NCBI RefSeq assembly: GCF_009914755.1
Contig: NC_060936.1
Source of the DNA: the human T2T-CHM13v2.0 reference genome, Homo sapiens
Strand: one strand, 5' to 3'
Length of the DNA stretch: 64,000 bases
A model generated the notes under the pieces. It worked only from the letters and a program-made list of their open reading frames with translations. It was not told the DNA's origin and searched no databases. How positions within the stretch are numbered: the stretch's first letter is position 1; every line of letters begins with the position of its first letter. A program made the position numbers and the translations under genes. Below, piece after piece: positions 12,976-28,015 of the stretch.

Positions 12976-13639
12976 ATGGAGCTCAGTGCGGGGTCTGCTT
13001 CCCCTCCAGTCAGAGCTGCCCTGGCATCTGGCTTTGACCTTAGGATGGGGCATGACCTCGGGAGGCCGTCCACTCTCCCTTCGTGCCGTGGAAGCCCTGG
13101 GGACTCAGGGCTGCGTGAGAGGAACCGTGCGGCAGCCGGCAACAGCTCCCAATGTGTGAGTGAGGCCAGGTGAGACCTCCGCCCAGCTGAGCAGCTGATG
13201 ACCGACACAGAGGTGACCCGGGGAGCTCAGCAGAGGGGCCTAGACAGCAACTCCCTGCACCTGAGGCTCACAGACCCTCGGCAAGCACAGGTGTTCACAG
13301 TCTCACAGCAGAAGTGAGGTTCAGACGCTGGACCCCAGCGCACTCATCTGCCAGAGAAGAGGTCAGGGCCCCACAGGGCGAGGGGTCCATGGGGGCGAGA
13401 GGCCTGGTGTGGCTGAGGGTCCTGTGGAGCAGAGTGAGGAGACAGCTCCTGCCCTCACCCCAGGCTGAGCAGGACCACCTGGCCGGGGGGTGTGGAGCTC
13501 CTGGTGCTGGGTGCTGTCCCCAGGACTTGATGAGGCTGAGTCGTGCCCCAGACCAGTCTCATCCCGGCCCCAGCACCCAAGAAGGTGCCTCTGCGTGGAG
13601 AAGGGAGCTCGTGCTGGATGGAGGTCAGACGTGGCCGCC

Positions 13640-14035
13640 GTGCTAATCCCCAGAGCCTGCGCCTGTGTCGGGTTACCGGGCGGGGGAGTTAAGGCTGCAG
13701 ATGGAAAAACTGCTAATCAGCTGACCTTAAAACACAATTACCCGGATTATCCGTGGGCCCAGGGCAATCACAAGGGTCCTCGAATGGGGAGGAGGAGGCA
13801 GGAGACGAGGCCGGGAGACGCTGCAGGGAGTCTCTGCGGCCGCCGAGGCTCTGAAGACGGAGGGAGGGCCTGGCCCGGACGGGCCACTCCTGGGGCTGAC
13901 GAGGCAGGCGGCGGGTCCTCCCCAGGCCCCAGCAGAACCGGCCTTGCTCGCCCCACACTGGGCTTCCAACCTCCAGAGCTGCGAGATGATAAATCTGTGC
14001 GGCGTTGCGGTCACTTGCTCCGGCAGCCACAGGAA
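13640..14035 (+). mobile_element. MLT1 (MaLR) LTR
   Basis: TGCTAATCAGCTGACCTTAAA...GGATTATCCGTGGGCCC...AATCACAAGGGTCCT...CTTCCAACCTCCAGAGCTGCGAGATGATAAATCTGTG. Confidence 0.75.
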
Positions 14036-14106
14036 GCTCTCACATGGTGAGGCGTCGGGAGAGAGGGCTCCGTTGGCTTCCACGCCCCCCAGTCCTTGGG
14101 CTCGAA

Positions 14107-14845
14107 TGGGCGGGGGAGTGGGTGGGTGGGTGGGTGGACGGGCGGGCAGGTGGGTGGATGGGCGGGTGAGTGGCTGGGTGGGCGGGCGGGCAGGTGAGTG
14201 GATGGCTGGGTGGGTGGGTGGGTGCGGGAGTGGATGGGTGGGTGGGTGGATGGGCGAGTGAGTGGGTGGGTGGGTGAGTGGACGGGCGGGTGAGTGGCTG
14301 GGTGGATGAGTGGATTGGGTGGACAGGTGGGTGGATGGGCGGGTGAGTGGATTGGGTGGACAGGTGGGTGGATGGGCGGGTGAGCGGGTGGGTGGGTGAG
14401 TGGACAGGTGGGTGGACGGGCAGGTGAGTGGGTGGGTGGGTGGACGGGCGGGTGAGTGGGTGGGTGGATGAGTGGACGGGTGGGTAGGTAGACAGGTGGG
14501 TGGATGGGCAGGTGAGCGGATGGGTGGGTGAGTGGACGGGTGGGTAGGTGGACAGGTGGGTGGACGGGCAGGTGAGCGGGTGGGTGGGTGAGTGGACGGG
14601 TGGGTAGGTGGACGGGTGGGTGGACGGGCAGGTGAGCGGGTGGGTGGGTGAGTTGACGGGTGGGTAGGTGACCAGGTGGGTGGACGGGCGGGTGAGCGGG
14701 TGGGTGGGTGAGTGGGTGGGTGGGTGAATGGACGGGTGGGTAGGTGGACAGGTGGGTGGACGGGTGGGTGGGTGATGGGTGAGCGAGTGGGCGGGTGAGT
14801 GGATGGGCGGGTGATGTGGCTGGGCGGGCAGGTGGGTGGACAGAT
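14107..14845. repeat. (GGGT/GGAC)n G-rich repeat with 60-bp higher-order period
   Basis: The 60-nt lines starting 14461, 14521, 14581 and 14641 are nearly identical. Confidence 0.95.
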
Positions 14846-15039
14846 GGCTGTGAAGCTTCATATCTTAAGTAGAGAGAGATGCAGATACGTATTGAAATCT
14901 CAGCCTTATGAATACAGGTATATATCGAATCCGGTTTCCGCTCCTTCAAACATTCTGTGTGCTGTCAGTATTGATTGAGCATTTCCCACACACACGTAGC
15001 ATTCCCTGTGTGTCTGGCACTCTTCTCCACACTTCAACT

Positions 15040-15145
15040 CATCTGGTCTTTGCAGCATCCACGAGGGAGGTGCTGCTATCCTCCCCCTTTACAGGTGAGG
15101 AGACTGAGGCCGAGGGATGGAGTGATCTGTTGGGGTTAGTGGCTG
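15040..15145 (-). mobile_element. MIR fragment
   Basis: MIR core CCCCTTTACAGGTGAGGAGACTGAGGC. Confidence 0.65.
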
Positions 15146-15542
15146 AGTGCAAATATGAACGCTGCCAGCAGCACCTCAGCCCTGTGCTGGCCTCAGGCCC
15201 CGGCTGCACTCTGCTGGGTCCACCCCACCACAGTGCACCCTCCATGCCGTCCGCTCCCAGCTCATTGTCCAGGAGTGGTGGTGCCCGAAAGCTGAGCCTG
15301 GGACAGGCCCCTGGGACCTCAGGGGTTGGGGGGCAGGAAACTGAGCATCACACTTTTGGCTTTAACAGCAAGACACTGCCTCTGCGTCCCACCTGCCCGT
15401 GAGGTGGAGAATTCCCTACACAGGATATGGGTTCAGATGCTGGGTAGGCAAAGAATGGCCAATGGCCACCGCACCTGTCCTGTCCGGAGAGGGCAGGATG
15501 CCTCCCCTGTGATGGGTTTTATCAAATTTCTCTTGAAATTCC

Positions 15543-15713
15543 TTTTTTTTTTTTTTTTTTTTTCTTTCAGAGACAGGGTCTTGCTCTGTCCCCCAGGCTG
15601 CAGTGCAGGTGCGATCTTAGCTCACTGCAGTCTGGAATTCCTGGGCTCAAGCCGTCCTCTGGCCTCAGCCTTCGGAGTAGCTAGGACCACAGGTGCCACC
15701 ACCACGCCCAGCC
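15543..15713 (-). mobile_element. Alu monomer fragment (AluJ/FRAM-like)
   Basis: Poly-T then AGACAGGGTCTTGCTCTGTC...CCTGGGCTCAAG...CCACCACGCCCAGC. Confidence 0.85.
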
Positions 15714-16621
15714 CGATTTCTCCAGTTTTGTGTGGTCTAGTTCTATTCCGCACTGCTCAGCACACAAAGGCTTTTGTGTCTGCTGAACCTTTGGAAGGCA
15801 CAGGACATTTTTGTCCCTTTATAAACTCAAAGCATGATCCTATCTATGTTTAAAAAGCAGACGCGGACAGCGGCGGACATGAGGAAAGGCCAGAGGCAGC
15901 AGCCAGCCCATCTCAGGCCCGTCACCGTGGAAGCAGCGGCCGGAGGAGCCACAGAAAGCAAAACTCCCAAAGCCGCCCACGTACTTCGGGTCTTAGCTTG
16001 GATCTCCTGGAGACAGGCCCTGCGAAGGAGCTGGGCTGGGAGCAGGTTTATCAGGGCGTGATCTTAGGAGGCAGATGTAGGAGGTGAGGAAGGCAGGGTG
16101 TGTAGAGTGCAGCTGACCCAACCGGCCCGGCCGACCCACAGGACGCCCTGGGCTGAGACGCTGTCAGCACTGCCCCAGGCTGAGACCACCTTGGGAGGGG
16201 TGTAACCTTGTGCAGGGGGGCTCTCTGCAGCGGAGGGCAGTCCTGGGGAGGACACGGCTGAGGACACATGCAGTGACGTCCCAGCGTTCCCAGCAGTGGG
16301 GAGGGTCGGGGGGGCATCCAGTGCCCACGACACTCATGAACACAAAAACCAACCAGAGAAAACCCAGTCTCCAGCAAAGAGCCGAGTGCTGAGTGTGCAG
16401 CGTTCTCCGCCTGTCTCTCCCCCTTTCGCACCTCTATCCCAGGCAGGCCCTCCCTGGCCTTGCCACCATGCCGGACCACCGTGTGGACCCTGTGCTCACC
16501 CAGGCCTCACCTTTCAGCCCCCTAAGCTGGGCCCAAAGCAGCAGACTGTGTTATGGAGGGTGCTGTGGCTCACGGCCCCCACCCCCTGCTAGGCAGAGTT
16601 GCCGGGTAAAAGACAGGATAA

Positions 16622-16970
<349 letters not shown>

Positions 16971-17039
16971 AAAACAGTGATTTTTCACATGAGTTCATCC
17001 CAAAGGTGCATGAAACCAAAAAATTATCCATCGCCAGCA

Positions 17040-17320
17040 GGGGCTGCGGAGGAGGGAATGGAGAGTTATTGGTTAACAGTCACAGGGTTTCTTTTTGGGG
17101 CAATGAAAAAGACTCAGAAACAGATGGTGGCAGTGACGGCACAACAGTGTGACTGGAATTAAGGCCACTCCAGGCACATTCACAACGGTTACAATGGCAC
17201 ATTTTATGCCATATATATTTTACAATTCTTAAAAAATAATCCCAAAAACTTCTGAATCTTACACTTTAAATGGGTAAATCGTGTATGTGAATTATACGTA
17301 TCTCAACAACACTGCTGTTT
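17040..17320 (+). mobile_element. Old L1 3' end fragment
   Basis: GGGAATGGAGAGTTATTGGTTAACAG...GGGTTTCTTTTTGGGGCAATGAAAA...TGTGAATTATA. Confidence 0.7.
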
Positions 17321-17512
17321 AAGCCAATCAGAGCCCTTCCCTGGGACTTTGGAACCAGGTTGTGGAAGAAAGCTCACCTCTCTCCAACAGGGGGTGCTGT
17401 AGGGCACGTTTCCATATTTCACGCCGCCTGGGAAGAGGCTGTGCCTGGAAAGACACGGGACAGAGAGACAGAGGGACGCAGCAGCAAAAGCAGCTACGGA
17501 TTCCTAACCATA

Positions 17513-17825
<313 letters not shown>

Positions 17826-20065
17826 CTAACCGCATGAAGCACGTTTGCACCCCCCTTCCAGCTGCTCCTGAGGCCCACCCACACCTGACCTCCTGAGGAG
17901 TTCTTTGTTCAGCCTTCCTCCAATTGGACAACCTCCAGGATCCTTCCAGTGTGGCCCTTTTTCTGCCCAAGTCAGTTGAAGTTAAAGTTGGGTGTCTGCC
18001 ATTTGCAGCAACAGCAAAAAAGGAACATTCAGAGACACGGGTGTCTGGAAGCTCGTTCACCTGTGGGTTCTCCATAACCTGAGATAAATGCTGGAGTTCA
18101 GGGCAGCTCAGGAAATATTTGATGTATAAACAAAGAAAAGGACAGCTTGGTTCCTGACAGCTGTGGGTGCCAGACCCCTCAAGTCTGTCTCCTGACCTGA
18201 GCAGGCAGTTCGTGGCCTCAGCCCTGAGTGAGGGGCCGCCAGGAGCCTGGGGAGGGAGGATCAGGGCTCGAGGCCCAGGAGCTGGAGAACTGGGTCGCAT
18301 CCCCCTTCTGTGGCTCCCTCAGCTCTGGTAGGTGATAGTGGCATTCCAGACAGCATTCTTCCAGTAAGATGTGGCCTGTGGCAGAAAACTCAGCTTACGC
18401 AGTGAGGGAATGCAATGAACCGTGCATCTGTGAAGTCCATGAGCAGCGTCAGCTTCAAGTATGGATGCATCCAGAGGCTACCGGTGTCCTCCGGTCTTTG
18501 TCTCTCTGTGTCTTTGCCCACCATCCTCCATGCGAGCACACAAAAACCCAAGCCTACACCTCCTGCCCCAAGACCTGAGGGAAGGAGGGAACTTTATTCC
18601 ACTCACTGCCATCGAGGTCCTGGGCCATGCCCCAAGACTGGGCCAATCGTGGGGCAAAGAGGAACGGGGTGCTCCCACTGGCAACGCCTAAGGGACACAC
18701 TCACACCTGGACCCAAGGATGGAGTTGAACCTCCCTAACTTCATGGGCGGAACACAGGAGAGCAGCGTTTCCCAGAGGAAAATGGGAAACTGTTGCCAAA
18801 GGCAGGGCATGGTACACAGTGCTACTGCCCACCACGTAGCCACCCGCGCCTCCTCTGTCCTGCTCAGAGAACCCCAGTTTTGTTCCAATAAGAGGCAGAA
18901 ACCTCTTGGTCTCAGGAAAGATAGACTCCATCCCCCAGCCTTGTGATGAATTCTATTTGGGTTGAGACAGTCACAGTAAATCCATCCCCTTTGCCTGATT
19001 TCCACTTTCCCAGCTTCCTTCACCACAAGCAATGCCATGAGACACTCTTCTGGTCAATGAGATTTGAGAAGCCAGGTGGGAGCTCTGGCTGCTACACCAC
19101 TGCTTACTTGCCTCTCTGCACAGGGTGCTGGAATGTGGACATGATGCCTGGAGCTGCAGCAGCCTTGTTGGGTCAATAAGACATCAAGTAGGAGAAACAA
19201 AAGCCAACACTGCTAGTAATATTCTATTTCCTGATTGTTACATTTGTAACATGTAACACACAACATTTTGTGAGAATTCAAGGAGCTGTGCATTTTTCTG
19301 TTAGTGTGTTATACCTCACCAAAACAGTTAGGTAAAAATCTAACACCCTGAGGATGGCAGAGCAAACCCCTGAAAACATGGGTGAACTGGTTAACCAGCC
19401 TCAAATACTGTAACTCGGAGCTTCTGATTAAGAGAATCAAAAGCCTTTGTTGCTTAATTACTAGGTTTTCTAATACTTGCAGCTGAATGCATTCTTGATT
19501 AACCCAAAGAATGACTGGAAGCTGGGTGGCAAAATACTAAGGTGCGCTCTTCAGGAAATCCCCACAGCATAAGGCTGACCATGAAGAGCAAAGTGCCCTC
19601 CCCCTTCCTGCTGACGGGTGAACCGCCCAGCACAAGGGCGCTCAGCCCTGAGAGCCATGCCTTCCCCATTCTCAGCTTCAGCAGGGAACTTGCCATTGCT
19701 GGACAGAAACTCCACTCCAGATGTCTCCCAGCCTTAGTCTTGTTCCAGAGATGCTGAGATTCAAAAGGCCCCCTGGGCAAGCACCCAGAAGGTGAGCTCA
19801 GATGTGGATGGGGATGCTGCCTGGGGACAGTAAACTAAGAGGCTCTTTCCTGGTGCCAGCATATCCAGCTTTCTCTCCTGGCAGACTCTTCCTCCCACAA
19901 CCCCCTCCTTGTGAAAGCATAGCTGAGTTCTCTTTGAGAAAAAGAGTACAACACAGATTGGACACAGGCATTCTGACCACCCATACATACCAGCCAGTGA
20001 CCCACAGTGTGCCTGAGGAGAAACAGGGGAGCCTAACTAGGAATCTGAACTGGATTAAATAACAG

Positions 20066-21302
20066 CACTATCACCATCATCATCAGCATCACCATCATTA
20101 TCAGTACCATCATCACCATTGCCATCATCACCATCACCATCACCATCACCATCATCACCATCATCACCATCACCATCACCATCATCACCATCAGCATCAC
20201 CATCACCATCATCACCATCAGCATCACCATCACCATCACCATCATCACCATCACCATCATCACCATCATCACCATCACAGTCACCATCATCATCATCACC
20301 ATCACCATCATCACCATCATCATAAGCATCATCACCATCATCACCATCAGCATCACCATCATCACCATCATCATCACTATCATCACCATCACCATCATCA
20401 CCATCACCACCATCACCATCACCATCATCACCATCATCATCACCACCACCATCACCATCATCACCATCACAGTCACCATCATCACCATCATCACCATCAC
20501 CATCATCATCACCATCAGCATCACCATCATCACCATCATCACCACCATCACCATCACCACCATCACCATCACAGTCACCATCACCATCACCATCATCACC
20601 ACCATCACCATCATCACCATCACAGTCACTATCATCACCATCATCACCATCACCATCATCATCATCACCATCAGCATCACCATCATCACCATCATCATCA
20701 TCACCATCACCATCATCACCACCATCACCATCATCACCATCACCATCATCACCATCACCATCATCACCACCATCATCATCACCACCATCACCATCATCAC
20801 TATCATCATCACCATCACCATCATCATCACCATCACCATCATCACCATCAGCATCACCATCATCACCATCACCATCATCATCATCACGATCACCATCATC
20901 ATCACCATCACCATCATCATCATCACCATCACCATCATCACCACCATCACCATCATCATCATCACCATCACCATCATCATCACCATCATCACCATCACCA
21001 TCATCACCATCAGCATCACCATCATCACCATCATCATCATCATCATCACCACCATCATCACCACCACCACCATCAGCATCACCATCACCATCATCACCAT
21101 CATCACCGTCACCATCATCATCACCGTCACCATCACCATCAGCATCACCATCATCATCAGCACCATCACCACCGTCACCATCATCACCATCATCACCATC
21201 ACCATCACCACCGTCACCATCATCATCACCATCATCACCACCATCACCATCATCATCACCATCATAATCATCTCCATCGCCATCATCACCAGTGTCACCA
21301 TT
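20066..21302. repeat. (CAT/CAC)n trinucleotide tract, ~1.24 kb
   Basis: Continuous CAT/CAC triplets with rare CAG/AGT/CGT/TAT variants. Confidence 0.98.
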
Positions 21303-21745
21303 ATCCTGTGCTCTGGTTCCCAGTTGGGCTCAGCAGCAGCAGCCCCAGAGCAGGTCCTAGGGCTCCTGGAGAACCGCCTTCCTCTCCACTTCCTGTCTGC
21401 ATCCCCTTTCCATGGCTGCCTCGTTTAGCCATGTTCTGGCACCACTAACTTCTCCCTTGCCCTTGCCGGCTTCTGGGTGGTGGTGGCTTCCCACAGTGCA
21501 CATCCCTGGGTCCTCAGCAACCCTCATGGGCTCCCGTCCTGCCTGCCCCTGGAGAAGTCAGGCCTCATTAGCCCCCTCACAGCCTGTGCCTGTTTCTTGC
21601 GGAGACCCCCGCTGGCATGGGCTTAGTGAATACACACAGAACAGGCAGGCAGGCCCGGGGGCTTGCATCTCCAGGGAGCCCAGAGCAACAGCCCCTGCAG
21701 GTGCTCCCAGAGGCGGAGGACGACCCAACATCACCCGGACAGGAG

Positions 21746-22040
21746 GCAGGCTCTGTGTGTAGGAACACTCACAGAAGAGGCGCCGAGGCAGCCCAGTCCC
21801 CATGCAACTTGAGGGGGCCCAGGCCCCAGTGTGGACCTGAAAGTCTCGGGGGTTGGGGATGGTGAGTGTCCATGTTTAGGTGCAGGTTGGAGAGGAAGCA
21901 GGCTCTGTGTGTAGGAATACTCACAGAAGAGGCGCCAAGGCACCCCAGTCCCCATGCAACTTGAGGGGGCCCAGGCCCCAGTGTGGACCTGAATGTCTCA
22001 GGGGTTGGGGAGGGTGAGTGTCCATGTCTGGGTGCAGGTC
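21746..22040. repeat. Tandem duplication, ~152-bp x2
   Basis: GCAGGCTCTGTGTGTAGGAA... at 21746 and 21898. Confidence 0.9.
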
Positions 22041-22974
22041 GGGGAGGGACAGTGCAGGCCGTTCTGGGGATGGGCCAGGTAGCCCATAGGAAGAGCCTGC
22101 ACACCTCGCTCTCAGAGGCAGGGCCCCGGGGCGGGAGCTGCCTTGCAGGGGAGGCCAGGGCAAGGGGCCCATCCCCCAGGGCCTCTCGGCCACCTGGAGT
22201 GCTTGCTGCTCAGTTTAATCCTTGTGTGCTCAGGAGAGCACTGACAGGAAATGAGTGTTCTGCCATGTGGGAGAGCTGCTCCCTCCCTGGAAGGGGGCAC
22301 CCCTGTGTGCACAGAGCCTGAGCCCCTCCCTTCACTGATGGGAGCTTTCCCGGAGCTAATCCCAGAGGAGAGGCCCTGCCAGGCGTAATCTTGGATCAGA
22401 TGCCAGGGAGTGAAGGATGGTGACACCCCCACACAGGCCTGATGTGCAGGGTGAAGGCAGACGGCAGCCCAGGGGTCTCTCCTCCCCTGCCAACCTCCGT
22501 TCTGTGCCCTGGCGGTGACTTACAGACCCTCACCGGACTGCCCTTCAGCTTCCTGTAAGATTTGGTCATGGAAAGCTGTGTGGGGAGCCTGGAGCCAAGG
22601 AGAGGGAGGTCGGAGGTCAAAGGTCAGAGGATTTATCCTTGACTCCAGAGGCTTTGAGCTGACCACAGCCCCTCCGGGTGGCCCGCTCCTCCCTCCCTCC
22701 CCTGGGGCCTCTGTGTCCTCATCGTCCCCTCAGCCTGGCCCACTTTTCTGGAAGTCTTCCCCAGGAAGGGCAGAATGGAAAGTGTGGTGAGGGGTCCAGG
22801 CACTGCAGCCTCCCTGGGTCTCTGCTGCCCGTCCCCCTCCTCCTCTTCCTCTCTCTTCATCTCTACTGGATGCTTTTCTCCAACCATTTCTGTTTCCCAT
22901 TTCTTCTGTCTCTCACTCTCTTTTCTTTGTGTCTCTGTTTCTCTCTGTTCCCTGCATCGGCTTCCTGTGGCTGC

Positions 22975-23595
22975 CTGTGCCTGGGGACACCTGTGACCAG
23001 GAACTCCTGTGCCTGGGGACACCTGTGACCGGGACACCTGTGCCTGGGGACACCTGTGACCGGGAACACCTGTGCCTGGAGACACCTGTGACCGGGGACA
23101 GCTGTGACTGGGACACCTGTGACCAGGACACCTGTGCCTGGGGACACCTGTGACCATGGGTGCCTGTGACCAGGGACACCTATGCCTGGGGACACCTGTG
23201 ACCGGAGACACCTGTGACCGGGGACACCTGTGCCTGGGGACACCTGTGACCTGGGACACCTGTGACCGGGGACACCTGTGACCAGGGACACCTGTGCCTG
23301 GAGACACCTGTGACCAGGGACACCTGTGACCGGGGACACCTGTGACCTGGGACGCCTGTGCCTGGAGACACCTGTGCCTGGGACACCTGTGCCTGGGGAC
23401 ATCTGTGACCAGGGACACCTGTGCCTGGGGACGCCTGTGACCTGGGACACCTGTGACTGGGGACACCTGTGCCTGGAGACACCTGTGACTGGGACACCTG
23501 TGCCTGGGTTACCTATGATCAGGAACACCCTGTGCCTGGGGTCACCTATTACCAGGAACACTGTGACCAGTGACATCCGTTCTGGGGACACCTGG
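22975..23595. repeat. 15-17-bp minisatellite (GGGACACCTGTGACC / GGGGACACCTGTGCCT)
   Basis: About 35 units, ~27 of them with intact CACCTG. Confidence 0.97.
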
Positions 23596-23844
23596 ACTCA
23601 GTCGTGAACAACCCCAGGCCAGCCGTGCAGGGAGGTCGGGCTTCCTCCATGGCACGGTGGAAGGAGAAAGCTGGGTGAGGACCAGGCCTCAAGGACTGAG
23701 GCCGGGATTGGAGCTTTGCCAGAGCCCGGAGCAGCTCCAGGTCCAGGCTCCTCCCTAAGAGCTGAAGGCCTTGAGCAACTGGCAATTCATTCTCACCTCG
23801 GGGTAATGGGATTACAAAAACAAAATCCTTCCATGTAGGGGCTG

Positions 23845-24975
<1,131 letters not shown>

Positions 24976-25193
24976 ACTTCAAGATTAAGTGAGTTATGCT
25001 TCTCAGACACATAGTCCAATGACTGCCATGTGCGTTGACTCCCTCACCCTTCCAGTCAAGACTGATTATGCACCTGCTGTATGTATACACTGTCCCAGAC
25101 ACAGGGGACCCAGCACTGAAGAATGGGACAGATGCCCCGCCCTCAGGAGTGCACAGCCCAGTGAGGAAAACATACAACAAACAAGAACATTTA

Positions 25194-26036
<843 letters not shown>

Positions 26037-26264
26037 TCATCCGACACCACCTACGAAAATCAACTCAACACGGATTAAAGATTCAAACCTAAGACCCGAC
26101 ACCATAAAACTCTTAGAAGAAAACGTAGGAGGAAAACTTCTTGAGGCTGGTCCGGGCAATGATTTTTTTAAAATATGGCCCCACAAGCACAGGCAACAGA
26201 AGCAAAAATAGACAGTGAGAGTGCAACAAACCAAAAAGCTTCCGCAAAGGAAACCAACAGAGTG

Positions 26265-26504
26265 AAAAGGCAAACCCCACGGGGAGGTGGGGGTATTGGC
26301 AGGGAAAAGGCAACCCCCATGGGGAGGCGGGAGTATTTGCAGTGAAAAGGCAAAACCCCAGGGGGAGGCGGGGGTATTTGCAGGGAAAAAGCAACCCCCA
26401 CGGGGAGGTGGGGGTATTGGCAGGGAAAAGGCAACCCCCATGGGGAGGCGGGAGTATTTGCAGTGAAAAGGCAAAACCCCAGGGGGAGGCGGGGGTATTT
26501 GCAA
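26265..26504. repeat. 40-41-bp unit x6 arranged as a 121-bp trimer x2, inside L1
   Basis: Unit AAAAGGCAA(A/C)CCCCAYGGGGAGGYGGGRGTATT(G/T)GCAG(G/T)G. Confidence 0.92.
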
Positions 26505-27044
26505 TCCATGTATATGATGAGGAGTTAATTTGCAAATTGTAGAAGGAATTCAACTCAATAACAAAAACAAACAAAAAAAATTTTAAAACGTGCAAAGGAC
26601 CTGAATCTGCGTGTCTCGAAGGAAAACATGTAAGTGGCCGAAGTGTAGACGAAATAACGTCCAGCATCACTAATCATCAGGAAAATCAAATAAAAACCAC
26701 AGGAGGTACCAACTGGCACCTATTGGGATGACTGTCATCAAAACGCAAAAGATAGCGAGTGTTGGCGAGGACATGGAGGAAAGGGGCCCGTTGCACTCTG
26801 TCCCTGGGAACGTCGTTGGCACAGCCACCATGGGAGACGGCAGGGAGGTTCCTCAAAAATGTGGAAATAGAGCTCCCACCTGATCCAGCAATCCCACTGC
26901 TGGGTGTATATCCAAAGAGTTGAAATTAGCGTGTAGGAGAGGCGTCTGTACCCTCGTGTTCATCGCAGCACTGTCCCAGCAGCCAGGACATGGAATCAAC
27001 CCAAGTGTCCATCAACGGATGCATGAATGAAAATATGTGAGAAA

Positions 27045-27414
27045 TATACACACACATGCATGCACACACACACAGGAGTGTTATTCCACAGGAGGGAAAG
27101 GGAAGGGTGGGGAAGGGAGGGGAGGAGAGGGGGGAGGGGAGGGAAGAAATACACACACATGCATACACACACACACACACACACGAGTGTTATCCCACAG
27201 GGAGGGAAAGGGAAGGGGAGGGGAAGGGAGGGAGGAGGGGAGGGAAGGGAGGAGGGGAGGGAAAGGAAGGGAAAGGGAGAAATATACACACATGCATATA
27301 TACACACACACACACACAAGCGTTATTCCACAGAAGGGAAAAGGAAGGGGAGGGGAAGGGAGGGGAGGGAGGAGGGGAGGGAAAGGAAGGGAAGGGGAGA
27401 AATACACACACATG

Positions 27415-27462
<48 letters not shown>

Positions 27463-27752
27463 GGAGTGTTATTCCACAGGGAGGGAAAGGGAAGGGGAGG
27501 GGAAAGAAGGGGAGGGGAGGGAAGGGGAGGGGAGGGAAGGGAAGGGAAGAAATACACACACATGCGTACACACATGCATATACACACATATGCGTACACA
27601 CACACGTATACACACACATGCGTACACACACATACAGGAGTGTTATTCCACAGGAGGAAAAGGGAAGGGGGGGAGAGAGAGAGAGACAGAGAGAGAGAAA
27701 GGAGAGAGAGAGAAGGGAAGGGAAGGGAGGGCAGGGCAGGGCAGGGCAGGGC
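27045..27752. repeat. Composite repeat x5: (CA)n + GAGTGTTATTCCACAG + polypurine tract, inside L1
   Basis: Core GTTAT(T/C)CCACAG recurs near 27075, 27185, 27320, 27463 and 27637. Confidence 0.9.
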
Positions 27753-28015
27753 AAGCCCGCCATTTGTGAGGACACGATGAACCTGAAGGGCATTTGTGGT
27801 AAGTGAGATAAGCCAGGCACAGAAAGACAAACAGCACATGGCCTCACTCGAGTGACGTGTGAAAAAGCGGAACTCACAGAAGCAGAGTGAACAGTGGCTG
27901 TCAGGGCTGGAGGGGACCGGGAGTTGAGGGTCACAGGGAACAAAGGTGCAGTTATGAGATTAGCGGGTTCTAAGATGTAATGAACGTGGTGACTACAGCT
28001 GATAAGAATGTGTCC

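Noticed and set aside
11897-13208. Long His/Thr-rich ORFs (344 and 403 aa) resembling the HX (HQHTHQH) repeat of AUTS2/FBRSL1
   Set aside because: They are simply the translation of a (CA)n-type repeat, on the opposite strand from FBRSL1 and ~34 kb upstream of it, with no splice or homology support.
14011-14949. Pro/His/Thr-rich ORFs (extensin- or mucin-like)
   Set aside because: Translation of the (ACCC)n repeat.
20033-21301. 422-aa Met/Val ORF
   Set aside because: Product of the (ATG/GTG)n repeat; not a credible protein.
22633-23591. Repetitive 242-277-aa ORFs (QVSPGTGVPGHRCP)
   Set aside because: Stop-poor minisatellite read in rotating frames; no gene structure.
27027-27943. Several ~200-260-aa ORFs on both strands
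   Set aside because: Low-complexity composite repeat inside an L1 relic.
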